The translations under genes were made by a program, and so were the position numbers. A DNA stretch of 64,000 nucleotides, taken from Myxococcota bacterium (GTDB lineage Bacteria > Myxococcota_A > UBA9160 > UBA6930). This document shows, piece by piece, positions 18,603 to 28,473 of the stretch (position 1 is its first letter; each line of letters begins with the position of its first letter). The notes below the pieces were generated by a model, which ran no database searches, was not told where the DNA came from, and worked only from the letters and a program-made list of their open reading frames with translations. Where the stretch lies: NCBI GenBank assembly GCA_965223415.1, contig OZ245002.1, positions 5,664,001 to 5,728,000 of the forward strand, written 5' to 3'.

Positions 18603-19654
18603 CCGAGCCGTCCCACGACCCGCTCCATGGCGGCCCGCTGCGCCTCCATCGAAGCCAGCAGCCGAAGGTGCACGCGGGTGCGCCGGAGGTTGTGCTCCGG
18701 GTCGCGGATGCGGAAGTAGCGGTCGCCGTCGAGGTAGTCGGCGAGGAAGCGCAGGGCCAGCTCGTAGGTCATCACCAGGGCGCCGGGCACGAGGGAGGCG
18801 CGCTCCTCAGCGGTCATCCACCCGCCGGCGGAGGCCGACCAGCCCTCGGCCAGCGCCTCGAACACGTCCATGCGCAAGGCGACCCGGGCGACGTCCGCCT
18901 CGTCCTCCCGGGCGGCGTTGCCGGCGGAGCGCACCAGGTCGCCGAAGTCCCAGGCCAGCAGGCCGGGCATCACCGTGTCCAGGTCCACCACCGCCACCGC
19001 CCGCTGCGTCTTGCGGTCGAAGAGCACGTTGTTCGCCTTCGTGTCGTTGTGGGTCGAGCGCTCCGGAAGGCCCGCCACGTCGAGGCAGGTCGCGAGGGCA
19101 GCGCGGGCGCCCAGGCCCTCGATCTCGGCGCCCGCCGCCGCCACCCGGCCGACACGATCGGCGCGAACGGCCTCCTCCAGCGCGCTTCGGCGCGCCACCG
19201 TGTCGTGGAAGCCGGGCAGGGTGGCGTGGAGGGGCGGCGGGGGGAGGTCGGCCAGCCCCGCGGCGAAGGCGCCGAAGGCGCGCCCGATCTCCCGGGCGGT
19301 GTCCGCGTGCTCGACCAGGTCGAAGCTCTCGGCGTCCGGCACCCGCTCCCAGGCCCGCCAGCACGCACCGTCCGGCGTGCGCACGAGAACGTCGCCCCGC
19401 GGCGTCGCGACCAGGCGCGGCACCCACGCCGCTACGCTGGGATGGGAGGTCACGCGGACCAGGTTCTCCATCAAGCGGTCCGGGTCCGGGAACACGTGGG
19501 TGTTCAGCCGCTGGAGGACCAACGCGCGGGGCCCAGAGTCGGTGGCGAGGTCGATCCCGAAGGTGGCGTGGATGTGCCCCGAGCCGAGGGGCCCGCTCGC
19601 CCTCACCGCCCCGGCGACGAAGCGGGTCGCGGCCTCGGCGGCGCCATCGCTCAT
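18599..19654 (-). CDS. Aminoglycoside-phosphotransferase-fold sugar kinase (N-acetylhexosamine 1-kinase-like)
   Basis: LGSGHIHAT, LQRLNTHVF, THNDTKANN, VDLDTVMPG, DFGD, RFLADYLDGDRYF; ATG at 19654. Confidence 0.82.
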   Translation of the reverse strand: MSDGAAEAATRFVAGAVRASGPLGSGHIHATFGIDLATDSGPRALVLQRLNTHVFPDPDRLMENLVRVTSHPSVAAWVPRLVATPRGDVLVRTPDGACWRAWERVPDAESFDLVEHADTAREIGRAFGAFAAGLADLPPPPLHATLPGFHDTVARRSALEEAVRADRVGRVAAAGAEIEGLGARAALATCLDVAGLPERSTHNDTKANNVLFDRKTQRAVAVVDLDTVMPGLLAWDFGDLVRSAGNAAREDEADVARVALRMDVFEALAEGWSASAGGWMTAEERASLVPGALVMTYELALRFLADYLDGDRYFRIRDPEHNLRRTRVHLRLLASMEAQRAAMERVVGRLG

Positions 19655-19962
19655 GCCGGGAGCCACAGGATCGCGGCGACCGCCCCGAGACCGGACAGCG
19701 ACCAGATCCCGACCAGGACGCCGAGCAAGCCGCGCCGACCGCTCTTCCAGAGACGGAAGCCGCCCTGGGCGCTCACCACGATTACGATGGCCAGGGCCGC
19801 CATGGCGAAGGGATTGCGGTCGCCGAAGACGAGCACGAGGAGCGCGGCGCCCAGGGTGGAGACGATGCCAACCGCGACGATCAGGACCGGGCGCAGAGTC
19901 GGGTCGGAGACCCAGCTCCGCAGCCACGCGTCGAGGCTGGCCGGCTCCCGCTCGTCCTCCAC
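19651..19962 (-). CDS. Small membrane protein of unknown function
   Basis: About 3 TM helices; its stop overlaps the kinase start. Confidence 0.7.
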   Translation of the reverse strand: MEDEREPASLDAWLRSWVSDPTLRPVLIVAVGIVSTLGAALLVLVFGDRNPFAMAALAIVIVVSAQGGFRLWKSGRRGLLGVLVGIWSLSGLGAVAAILWLPA

Positions 19963-20003
19963 GCAGGGAACGTAGCGGCCGGGCCCGTCCGACCGGCACC
20001 GGC

Positions 20004-20204
20004 TCAGGGCGCGCGGCGACTCCGCGCGAGGCCCACCACGAGGGCGGCCCCGAGGGCGAAGACCGCGGCGGCCGTCGGCTCCGGCACCGCCGGCATCGGC
20101 CGGATCGCCACGACCGGCTTCTGGGCCGTCAGCACCTGGGCCACGGCGGGGTGGGCCAGCAACATGACGGCGAGGGGAAGGATGCGATACAGCAGGGTCT
20201 TCAT
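20004..20204 (-). CDS. Minimal 66-aa PEP-CTERM protein
   Basis: MKTLLYRILPLAVMLLAHPAVA signal peptide, short linker, then VPEPTAAAVFALGAALVVGLARSRRAP; GAGGA RBS. Confidence 0.8.
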   Translation of the reverse strand: MKTLLYRILPLAVMLLAHPAVAQVLTAQKPVVAIRPMPAVPEPTAAAVFALGAALVVGLARSRRAP

Positions 20205-20295
20205 CGGGAGATCCTCGACGACGGGAGGGAAAGGCCCCGCCATCCTACCGCGTCCCGAGCCAGATCGGGGGAATTTTTCCCCTCGAAAGGACACC

Positions 20296-21174
20296 ATGAC
20301 CCTGCCCACCCTGCCCTTCGGCCGCACCGGCCACCAGAGCACCCGCGTGCTGTTCGGCGCCGCCGCCCTCGGCGGCATGCGCCAGGAGAAAGCCGATGCC
20401 GTGCTCGAGCAGCTCCTCCTTGCCGGCGTGAACCACCTCGACACGGCGGCCTCCTACGGCGAGGCGGAGCTGCGGATCGGGCCCTGGATGCGGGAGCACC
20501 GCGGGGACTTCTTCCTGGCTACGAAGACCGGCGAGCGCACTGCCGCCGGGGCGCGGGAGAGCCTGCACCGCTCCCTCGAGCGGATGCGGGTGGACGCCGT
20601 CGACCTGATCCAGCTCCACAACCTGGTCGACCCGGCCGACTGGGAGACGGCCCTCGGTCCGGACGGCGCCGCCGAAGCCCTGGTGGAGGCCCGCGATCAG
20701 GGACTGGTGCGCTTCCTCGGCGTCACCGGCCACCGCTGGAACGCGGCCACCATGCACCTGCGCAGCCTGGACCGGTTTCCCTTCGACTCGGTGCTCTTTC
20801 CGTACAGCTACACGATGCTGGCCCAGCCGGACTACGCCGCCTCGGTCGAGGCGTTGATCGCGCGGGGCCAGGCCGACGGCGTCGCCCTCCAGACCATCAA
20901 GTCCGTCGCGCGGCGTCGCTGGCAGGACGGGGACCTGCGTAAGTTCAGCTGGTACGAGCCGCTCCTCGACCCGGAGCCGGTGCGACGGGCCGTGCACTTC
21001 GTGCTGGCCCAGGAGGGTCTCTTCCTGAACACGTCGAGCGACGCGCGGCTCCTGCCGACGATCCTCGCCGCCGCCGCCGAGCCCCCCGAGGCCCCGGCGC
21101 CGGACGCCCTCGAGGCCGACGTGGCGCACTACGAGATGGAGCCGCTGTTCCCACCGGGCGTCGACGCGATCTGA
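20296..21174 (+). CDS. Aldo/keto reductase
   Basis: FGRTGHQSTRVLFG, GVNHLDTAASYG, FLATK, SLERMRVDAVDLIQLH; AAGGA RBS. Confidence 0.92.
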   Translation: MTLPTLPFGRTGHQSTRVLFGAAALGGMRQEKADAVLEQLLLAGVNHLDTAASYGEAELRIGPWMREHRGDFFLATKTGERTAAGARESLHRSLERMRVDAVDLIQLHNLVDPADWETALGPDGAAEALVEARDQGLVRFLGVTGHRWNAATMHLRSLDRFPFDSVLFPYSYTMLAQPDYAASVEALIARGQADGVALQTIKSVARRRWQDGDLRKFSWYEPLLDPEPVRRAVHFVLAQEGLFLNTSSDARLLPTILAAAAEPPEAPAPDALEADVAHYEMEPLFPPGVDAI

Positions 21175-21183
21175 CCGCGGCGC

Positions 21184-22473
21184 CTACGCCCCCGCCTCCG
21201 GGTCCGCGTACACCGACGCGTCGAGCTGGCCCTCGGCCTTCGCGACGATGCAGGTCACCGCCGCGTCGCCGGTGATGTTCACCGCGGTGCGCACCATGTC
21301 GAGCAGGCGGTCGATGCCGATGATGAGCCCGATGCCCTCCACCGGCAGGCCCACCTGGCGCAGCACCATGGCGAGCATGATCAGCCCGACGCCGGGCACG
21401 CCGGCGGTGCCGATCGAGGCCAGGGTCGCCGTCAGCACCACCATCAGGTAGCCGGTGGGCCCGATGTCCACGGCGTAGGCCTGGGCGATGAACACGGTGG
21501 CCACGCCCTGCATGATGGCGGTGCCGTCCATGTTGATGGTCGCGCCCAGGGGAACGGTGAAGGAGGCCACCCGGTTGTCGACGCCGAGACGGCGCTCGGT
21601 GGTGCGCAGGGTGACGGGCAGGGTGGCCCCGGAGCTGGCGGTGCTGAAGGCCACGACCTGGGGCGAGCGCATCTTGCGGAAGAACATCAACGGATCGAGA
21701 CGGGCCAACACGGCGAGCAGCGCGGGATAGACGCCGGCCCCGTGCACCAGCAGCACCCCGAACACGACGAAGAAGTACTTGAGGAGGGGCTGGAAGGCGT
21801 CGAAGCCCTGCTGGGCGAAGACCTTCGCGATCAGGCAGAAGACGCCGATCGGCGCGATACGCATGAGGAGCGCGACCAGCCGCATGATCACCGTGTTCGC
21901 GTCCTCGAAGAACGAGAGCAGGCGGGTGCCGGCGGTCCCGGCCATCGTCATGGCCAGCCCGAAGAGCACGGCGAAGACGATGATCTGGAGCATGTTGCCC
22001 TCGGCCATCGCCTTCACCGGGTTGGTCGGGAAGATCTGGATCAGCGTGTCCGAGAGCGGGGGCGCCTCGCGGCCCTCGAATTGAACGTCCGTGGGCAGGT
22101 CGAAGCCGGCGCCGGGCGCCACCAGCACCGCCGCCGTGATCGCGATGGTGATCGCCACCGCGGTGGTGAACAGGTAGAGGAGCAGCGTGCGCCCGCCGAG
22201 CCGGCCCAGGCGAGAGAGATCGTCCAAGGCGGCCGTGCCGCACACCAGCGAGACGAAGACCAACGGCACCACCAGGAGCTTCAGGCTCGCCAGGAAGACC
22301 GCGCCGCCCACGTGCAGCAGGCCCTGCACGAGGAACTGGGAGACGAAGCCCGCCCGGGAGATGCCGAAGGCGTTCAGCACCAGGCCGAGGGCCAGGCCCG
22401 CCCCCATGCCCACCAGGATCCGTCGCGTGAGCCCGCTGGCTCCGAGGTCGTCCTGCGGCTCGGCACTCGCCAT
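21184..22473 (-). CDS. Dicarboxylate/amino acid:cation symporter (DAACS/GltP family)
   Basis: FSTASSGATLP, PLGATINMDG, IDRLLDMVRTAVNITGD. Confidence 0.95.
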   Translation of the reverse strand: MASAEPQDDLGASGLTRRILVGMGAGLALGLVLNAFGISRAGFVSQFLVQGLLHVGGAVFLASLKLLVVPLVFVSLVCGTAALDDLSRLGRLGGRTLLLYLFTTAVAITIAITAAVLVAPGAGFDLPTDVQFEGREAPPLSDTLIQIFPTNPVKAMAEGNMLQIIVFAVLFGLAMTMAGTAGTRLLSFFEDANTVIMRLVALLMRIAPIGVFCLIAKVFAQQGFDAFQPLLKYFFVVFGVLLVHGAGVYPALLAVLARLDPLMFFRKMRSPQVVAFSTASSGATLPVTLRTTERRLGVDNRVASFTVPLGATINMDGTAIMQGVATVFIAQAYAVDIGPTGYLMVVLTATLASIGTAGVPGVGLIMLAMVLRQVGLPVEGIGLIIGIDRLLDMVRTAVNITGDAAVTCIVAKAEGQLDASVYADPEAGA

Positions 22474-22513
22474 GGCACCCCCCTACCCCGGAGGATAGGA
22501 ACCCGGCGCCGGA

Positions 22514-23328
22514 TCACCCGACGACTTCGAGCCGCTCGTCGAAGTCGTGCCGGCCCTCGCCGCGCCGCAGCACCCGGGGCAGGATGGTCGGGATGCTGCG
22601 GGGATCGAGCCGCGTCTTCGCCTGCACCAACGCGCGGGCGGAGTCGTAGCCGCACAGACCGCGCAGGTTGGTGAGGGTCGGCGAGATCATCGGCATCTCC
22701 TCCGCCTCGAAGCGCGCCAGGGCCTCCTCGGGGCGGATCCACAGGCTGTGCACCGCCTCGTGGCCGTCGTGGATCGCCTCTTGGTGCTCGGGCGCCAGGG
22801 CCACGAAGAAGCGCGTGTCGAAGCGGGACGGGTTGTCGATGGGCGTGATCCAGTGGGCGACGTAGGCGAGGCGGTCGGTGGCGAGGCGCAGGTCCTCGCG
22901 CTGGCACAGCTCCTCGAGGGCACCCTTCTCGCCGGCGTTCAGGCGACCGCGGTCGACGCCGAGCTGCTGCCGCACCTCCGGATCGCGCAGCTCGAGGAGC
23001 TTGCCGTCGGCACGGGTCGCGAGCAGCAGGCCCGCCTCCTCGAAGCACTCGCGAAGCGCCGCCACCCAGTAGGCGAGACCGCCGGTGGGGAGGTTCAGGG
23101 TGGTGTTTGCATCGAGGGGTCGCGGGCCCTGGCACAGGGCGCAGGCGGCGGGCCCGGCGTCGGCCGGATCGACCTTGCCGCCGGGGAACACGAAGAGGCC
23201 GCCGAAGTCACCGAACGACGAGCGCTCCATCATGAACACCTCGATGCCGGCGTCGCCGTCCCGCACGAGCATCACCGTGGCGGCGGGCTTCGGGATCCCG
23301 CTCTTCAGCGGGGCGACAGACTCCCCCT

Positions 23329-23332
<4 letters not shown>
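22514..23332 (-). CDS. NUDIX hydrolase (acyl-CoA diphosphatase-like subfamily)
   Basis: PAATVMLVRD, VFPGGKVD...AALRECFEEAG, HWITP..RFDTRFF; GTG overlaps the upstream TGA. Confidence 0.88.
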
Positions 23333-24504
<1,172 letters not shown>

Positions 24505-24505
24505 G

Positions 24506-25585
24506 CTAGGCCTCCCCGTGCGAGAGCTGCACGGCCCCGCCCGTGGCACACAGCGCCGCACCCGCGTCGTCCCGCGCGGCGTCGATGCCACCGCAGGTCT
24601 GGGCGAGGGCGCGGGCCTCGCGCATGAACTTCTCCACCGGATAGTCCGCCATGAAGCCGTGGCCCCCGAGGATCTGCACGCCGCTCGGCCCGATCAGCCG
24701 CGAGGCCTCGATCGTCTCGGCGAAGGCGGACGCCGCTTCGCCTTCCCCGAGGAGACCGGCGTCGAGACGCCAGGCGGCGTCGTGCACGAGCAGCCGGGCG
24801 CCGTCGAGGGCCATCTGCATGTCGGTGATCAGGAAGGCCAGCGCCTGATGATGGGCAATGGGCCGGCCGAAGGCCTCGCGCTCGAGGGCGTAGGCCCGGG
24901 AGAAGTCGCAGGCGGCCCGAAGCACACCGAGGAGCAGCGAAGCCGTGTGGATCCGCGTCCGGGCCCGCGCGCGAGCGCCGCCGGCCGCACCCTCGAAGCG
25001 GGCCGCGATCGGGGCGCCCTCCAGCCGCAGGGCCGACGCGCCGGCCGCCCGGAGCCCCGCGCCCCGCAGCGACTCGACGGCGATGCCCTCCCGGACCACG
25101 ACCGCGCCCGCGGCGCCCTGCACCACGAGCAGCTCCACCCGGTCCGCCGGCACCCACGGCACCTCCCCGTCCAGCCGCTCGCCGGTGAGGGCCAGGTGCG
25201 CGTCGCGCTCGTCGACGAGGACCGCCCGCCCGTCACCGGCCAGCAGCGGGGCGAGCCACGCCTCCACCGCCTCGTCGCCGCCGAGCTCGGCCAGCGGGTA
25301 CAGGGCGGGACCGATTCGGTCGAGGGCCAGGGCCGCGCCTGCGTCCGCCGCGCCGAGCTCCTCATTCACGAGGGCGCGGGCCAGGCTGCCGAGGGCCGCG
25401 CCGCCCGCCGCCTCCGGCAGCTCCAGGCCCGCGAGACCGATCTCGTCGAAGGTCGCCTGCACGCCCGCGTCCACGCCGCGAGCCTGCTCGGCCTCGCGCA
25501 GGGCCGGCGTGAGCGCCTCCGCCGCGAAGCTGCGTGTCGTCTCGACGAGGAGCGCCAGCTCCTCGCCCGGATCCAGGTCGAACAT
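24506..25585 (-). CDS. Acyl-CoA dehydrogenase family protein (degenerate partner subunit)
   Basis: MFDLDPGEELALL; REAFGRPIAHHQALAF; VQILGGHGFMADYPVEKFMREA; lacks the TEP.GSD and EGT motifs. Confidence 0.85.
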   Translation of the reverse strand: MFDLDPGEELALLVETTRSFAAEALTPALREAEQARGVDAGVQATFDEIGLAGLELPEAAGGAALGSLARALVNEELGAADAGAALALDRIGPALYPLAELGGDEAVEAWLAPLLAGDGRAVLVDERDAHLALTGERLDGEVPWVPADRVELLVVQGAAGAVVVREGIAVESLRGAGLRAAGASALRLEGAPIAARFEGAAGGARARARTRIHTASLLLGVLRAACDFSRAYALEREAFGRPIAHHQALAFLITDMQMALDGARLLVHDAAWRLDAGLLGEGEAASAFAETIEASRLIGPSGVQILGGHGFMADYPVEKFMREARALAQTCGGIDAARDDAGAALCATGGAVQLSHGEA

Positions 25586-25642
25586 CCAGTGAGGGTATCG
25601 CGTCGCGGGAATCGCGGCGCCGCGCGCCCTACCCTCGGCCTC

Positions 25643-25834
25643 ATGAAGCTGGCGAAGCCCCGCGTGGACGTGGCCCTGTTCACGAGCACCGACGAGCCCA
25701 TGCTCGCGTTCTGGCAGGGCGAGGTCGGCCTTCCCTACCAAGAGCCCCTCCCCACCGGCGGCGGCAACATGCAGCATCGCCACGATCTCTCGGGCTCGGT
25801 GCTGAAGCTGAACCATGCCCGCGACGGCGTCCCA
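25643..25834 (+). pseudogene. 5' fragment of a VOC/glyoxalase-family gene, truncated at a junction with a transposase fragment
   Basis: MKLAKPRVDVALFTSTDEPMLAFWQGEVGLP...QHRHDLSGSVLKLNHARDG, after which the frame runs into antisense transposase sequence. Confidence 0.6.
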
Positions 25835-26162
25835 GCTCCTGGGCGATCTGGCGCAGGCCACTGCAGCCGCGCATGCGGAAAAACAGCGTCTCCAGGAGGT
25901 CGGGAGCGCGGAGCCAGTAGGTGGGGGAGAACGTCGGTTCACTGAACGAGCGGCGGCAGTGTTGACAGAGGTACCGCTGGACGCGGTCGCCGCGGCGGGG
26001 GCGGGAGAAGAAGCCCTTCTTCTTGAACCGCCAAGGGCCCGAATTCGTGTGGGAATCACATGTGGGACTCGGACAGTGCGGGGGAACGAAGGTAGCGCCG
26101 GCGGTCGGCATGACCGCCCTTCACCGCACGTTTCATGCCGGACCCATTCTTCGATCCACAAC
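25830..26162 (-). mobile_element. Truncated IS-like element (IS1/InsA-like zinc ribbon plus HTH start of a transposase)
   Basis: ORF from 26111: PPHCPSPTC...QRYLCQHCRRSFS...LRQIAQELG, then an abrupt break; visibly lower GC than the flanks; begins right after the esterase stop. Confidence 0.6.
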
Positions 26163-27113
26163 TCAGTCCTTCGCGGTGAGCCTCCGACGGAGCGCCCCGA
26201 TCACCTCTTCGGCGTTACGCCGCGAGGCGTCGGCGGTGGGAATCAGCGCCGAGCCGTGGAAGGTGCCTGGGTAGCTGTGCAGCTCCACGGACACGCCGGC
26301 CTGGAGCAGCCGCTGGGCGTAGAGGATTCCCTCGTCGCGGAGCGGATCGAACTCCATGGTCGAGACGTAGGCCGGCGGAAGCCCGGTCAGGTCCTCGGCC
26401 CGGGCCGGCGCCGCGTAGGGCGACACCGGGCCCTGGTGATCCGGGCCCAGGTAGTGCTTCCAGCTCCACACCGCGTTGGGGCGGTTCCAGAGCGGCGTGT
26501 CCGTGAACTGGAGCATCGAGGGCGTGTCGAGCCGGTCGTCGAGCTCCGGGATCTCGAGCACCTGGAAGCAGAGGGCGGGGCCGCCGCGGTCGCGGGCCAT
26601 GAGCGCCGCGCCCGCCGCCAGGCCGCCGCCGGCGCTCTGGCCGGCGATGGCGATCCGGCCCGGGTCGATACCGAGGGACGCGACGTTCCCGGCGGTCCAC
26701 ACGAGACCCGCATAGCAATCCTCGATGCCGGCGGGGAACGGATGCTCCGGCGCCAGCCGGTACTCCACCGAGACCACCACCGCGTCGATCTCGGCGGCCA
26801 CCTTCTGGCACCAGGAGTCCATCATCTCGATGCTGCCGGTCATGAAGCCGCCGCCGTGGATCTCGTAGACCGCGGGCCGGGGGCCGCCTCCCGCCTTGGG
26901 CCGGTAGATGCGGATCGGCACCTCCGGTGCGCCAGCGGGGCCGGGGACGCTCCGGTCCTCCTTCACCACGTCAACCCGGTCCTCCACCGGCGCCGCGAAG
27001 TTCAGGGCCCCGGTGCGGGTCTCCTGCACCTTCTCCACGCTCGAGAAGTCCAGCACCGTCGGAAGGGCTGGGAGGATCTCGGCGAAGTCGGGGTCGTAGT
27101 CGCGCTGGGTCAT
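26163..27113 (-). CDS. Alpha/beta hydrolase, HSL-family lipase/esterase
   Basis: HGGG, YRLAPEHPFP, GQSAGG, DPLRDEG, GTFHG. Confidence 0.93.
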   Translation of the reverse strand: MTQRDYDPDFAEILPALPTVLDFSSVEKVQETRTGALNFAAPVEDRVDVVKEDRSVPGPAGAPEVPIRIYRPKAGGGPRPAVYEIHGGGFMTGSIEMMDSWCQKVAAEIDAVVVSVEYRLAPEHPFPAGIEDCYAGLVWTAGNVASLGIDPGRIAIAGQSAGGGLAAGAALMARDRGGPALCFQVLEIPELDDRLDTPSMLQFTDTPLWNRPNAVWSWKHYLGPDHQGPVSPYAAPARAEDLTGLPPAYVSTMEFDPLRDEGILYAQRLLQAGVSVELHSYPGTFHGSALIPTADASRRNAEEVIGALRRRLTAKD

Positions 27114-27124
27114 CGGTGAGCTCC

Positions 27125-27928
27125 TCAGAGTCGCTTGCCCGAATCGATCGCCGGGGGGATCCAGGCGGGGGAGCGCTTCTCGGCGAAGGCGCGCATGCCC
27201 TCCCGGGCCTCGCTCCCCTTGAAGAGCGACCAGTCCATGCTCATGCGGTCGACGGCGCCGTAGCGCGCGTGGATCAGGCGCTTCACGTGCAGCCGGGCCT
27301 CCGGCGCCGTGCGCAGGATGTCCTCGGCCACCGAGCGGGCGGCCTCGTGGAGCTCGTCGTGGGGGACGACCCGGGAGACGAGCCCCATCGCCCTCGCCTC
27401 CTCGGCCTCCAGCCGGCGGCCGGTCAGCAGCAGGTCGCGGGCGTTGGCGATGCCCACGTGGGGCGGCAGATAGGCGGCGTAGCCGGTGTCCGCGATCCCG
27501 CGCAGCAGCTCCGGCGCGCGGAAGGTGGCGCGGTCGCTCGCCACCGCCACGTCCGAGAGCATCGCGATCAGCAGACCGCCGCCCTGGCAGATACCGTTCA
27601 CGGCCGATACCACCGGCGCGGCGCTGTGCCGCACCGCCTCGAAGGGCGTCACGTCCTGGCCGGCCAGCTGGTCCACGACCGGGTTCGGGTCCTCCCGCAC
27701 GCCGCGCAGCTCGCCGCCGGGCGCGAACACGTCCGCCATTCCGGTCAGGACGAGGGCGGTGGGCTCCTGCCGCCCGTTCACCCACTCGACGGCGCGCTTG
27801 ATGCCGTAGTACATGGCCGGGCTGAGGGCGTTGCGACTGGCGGGTCGGTCGATCGTGCACCAGGCCAGATGATCCCGGCGCTCCAGGCGCAGGAAGGGCG
27901 TTCCGAGATCGACGGTCTCCGCGCTCAC
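27125..27928 (-). CDS. Enoyl-CoA hydratase/isomerase (crotonase)
   Basis: IDRPASRNAL, AVNGICQGGG, APE, EGMRAFAEKR; GTG at 27928 overlaps the upstream stop. Confidence 0.9.
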   Translation of the reverse strand: MSAETVDLGTPFLRLERRDHLAWCTIDRPASRNALSPAMYYGIKRAVEWVNGRQEPTALVLTGMADVFAPGGELRGVREDPNPVVDQLAGQDVTPFEAVRHSAAPVVSAVNGICQGGGLLIAMLSDVAVASDRATFRAPELLRGIADTGYAAYLPPHVGIANARDLLLTGRRLEAEEARAMGLVSRVVPHDELHEAARSVAEDILRTAPEARLHVKRLIHARYGAVDRMSMDWSLFKGSEAREGMRAFAEKRSPAWIPPAIDSGKRL

Positions 27929-28473
27929 GACGGCCGGCGGCGGATCGGTTGGAGGGCGGTGCGCGGGTTCCAGAGGGCGGCGAGGTTGCTCGGCCCTTCG
28001 AGGGGCGGCAGGTCGGCCACCCGCGCATAGTCGGCGGCGCGGCTCTCGGGCAGGGTGCCGAACACGCGATCCCAGAGCCGGGTCGTGACACCGTGATAGG
28101 CCTTCGCATTCACCAGATGGTGCGCCAGGTGGTGCTCGCGGAGCAGGCGCTCGCGCGGGCTGCGCGGGAGCCGGAAGTGCATGCGCCAGTGAAGCCACTC
28201 GTAGCGGGCGAAGCCGGCGAGCAGCGCCGCGAAGAAGCAGCCGCCGAGCCGCGGGCCCGCCACGACTACCGCGGCGGCGAGCAGCAGCAGCGCCGCCGGC
28301 ACCCACGCCAGCGGCGACGTGAAGACCGCCCGCGGGTCGACGTGATGGCTGCCGTGGAGCGGCGTCACGAAGGTGCGGTAGCGGTGGGCGAGGATGCCGT
28401 GCACCAGGTACTCGACGAAGCCCCATGCGAAGCCCCCCAGGGCCGCTGCAGCGACGCAGGCAGCCAACGTCAC
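27925..28473 (-). CDS. Fatty acid hydroxylase/sterol desaturase family membrane protein
   Basis: His boxes EYLVHGILAH, HGSHH, YEWLHWRMH, HHLAHH; GVTTRLWDRVFGT. Confidence 0.88.
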   Translation of the reverse strand: MTLAACVAAAALGGFAWGFVEYLVHGILAHRYRTFVTPLHGSHHVDPRAVFTSPLAWVPAALLLLAAAVVVAGPRLGGCFFAALLAGFARYEWLHWRMHFRLPRSPRERLLREHHLAHHLVNAKAYHGVTTRLWDRVFGTLPESRAADYARVADLPPLEGPSNLAALWNPRTALQPIRRRPS

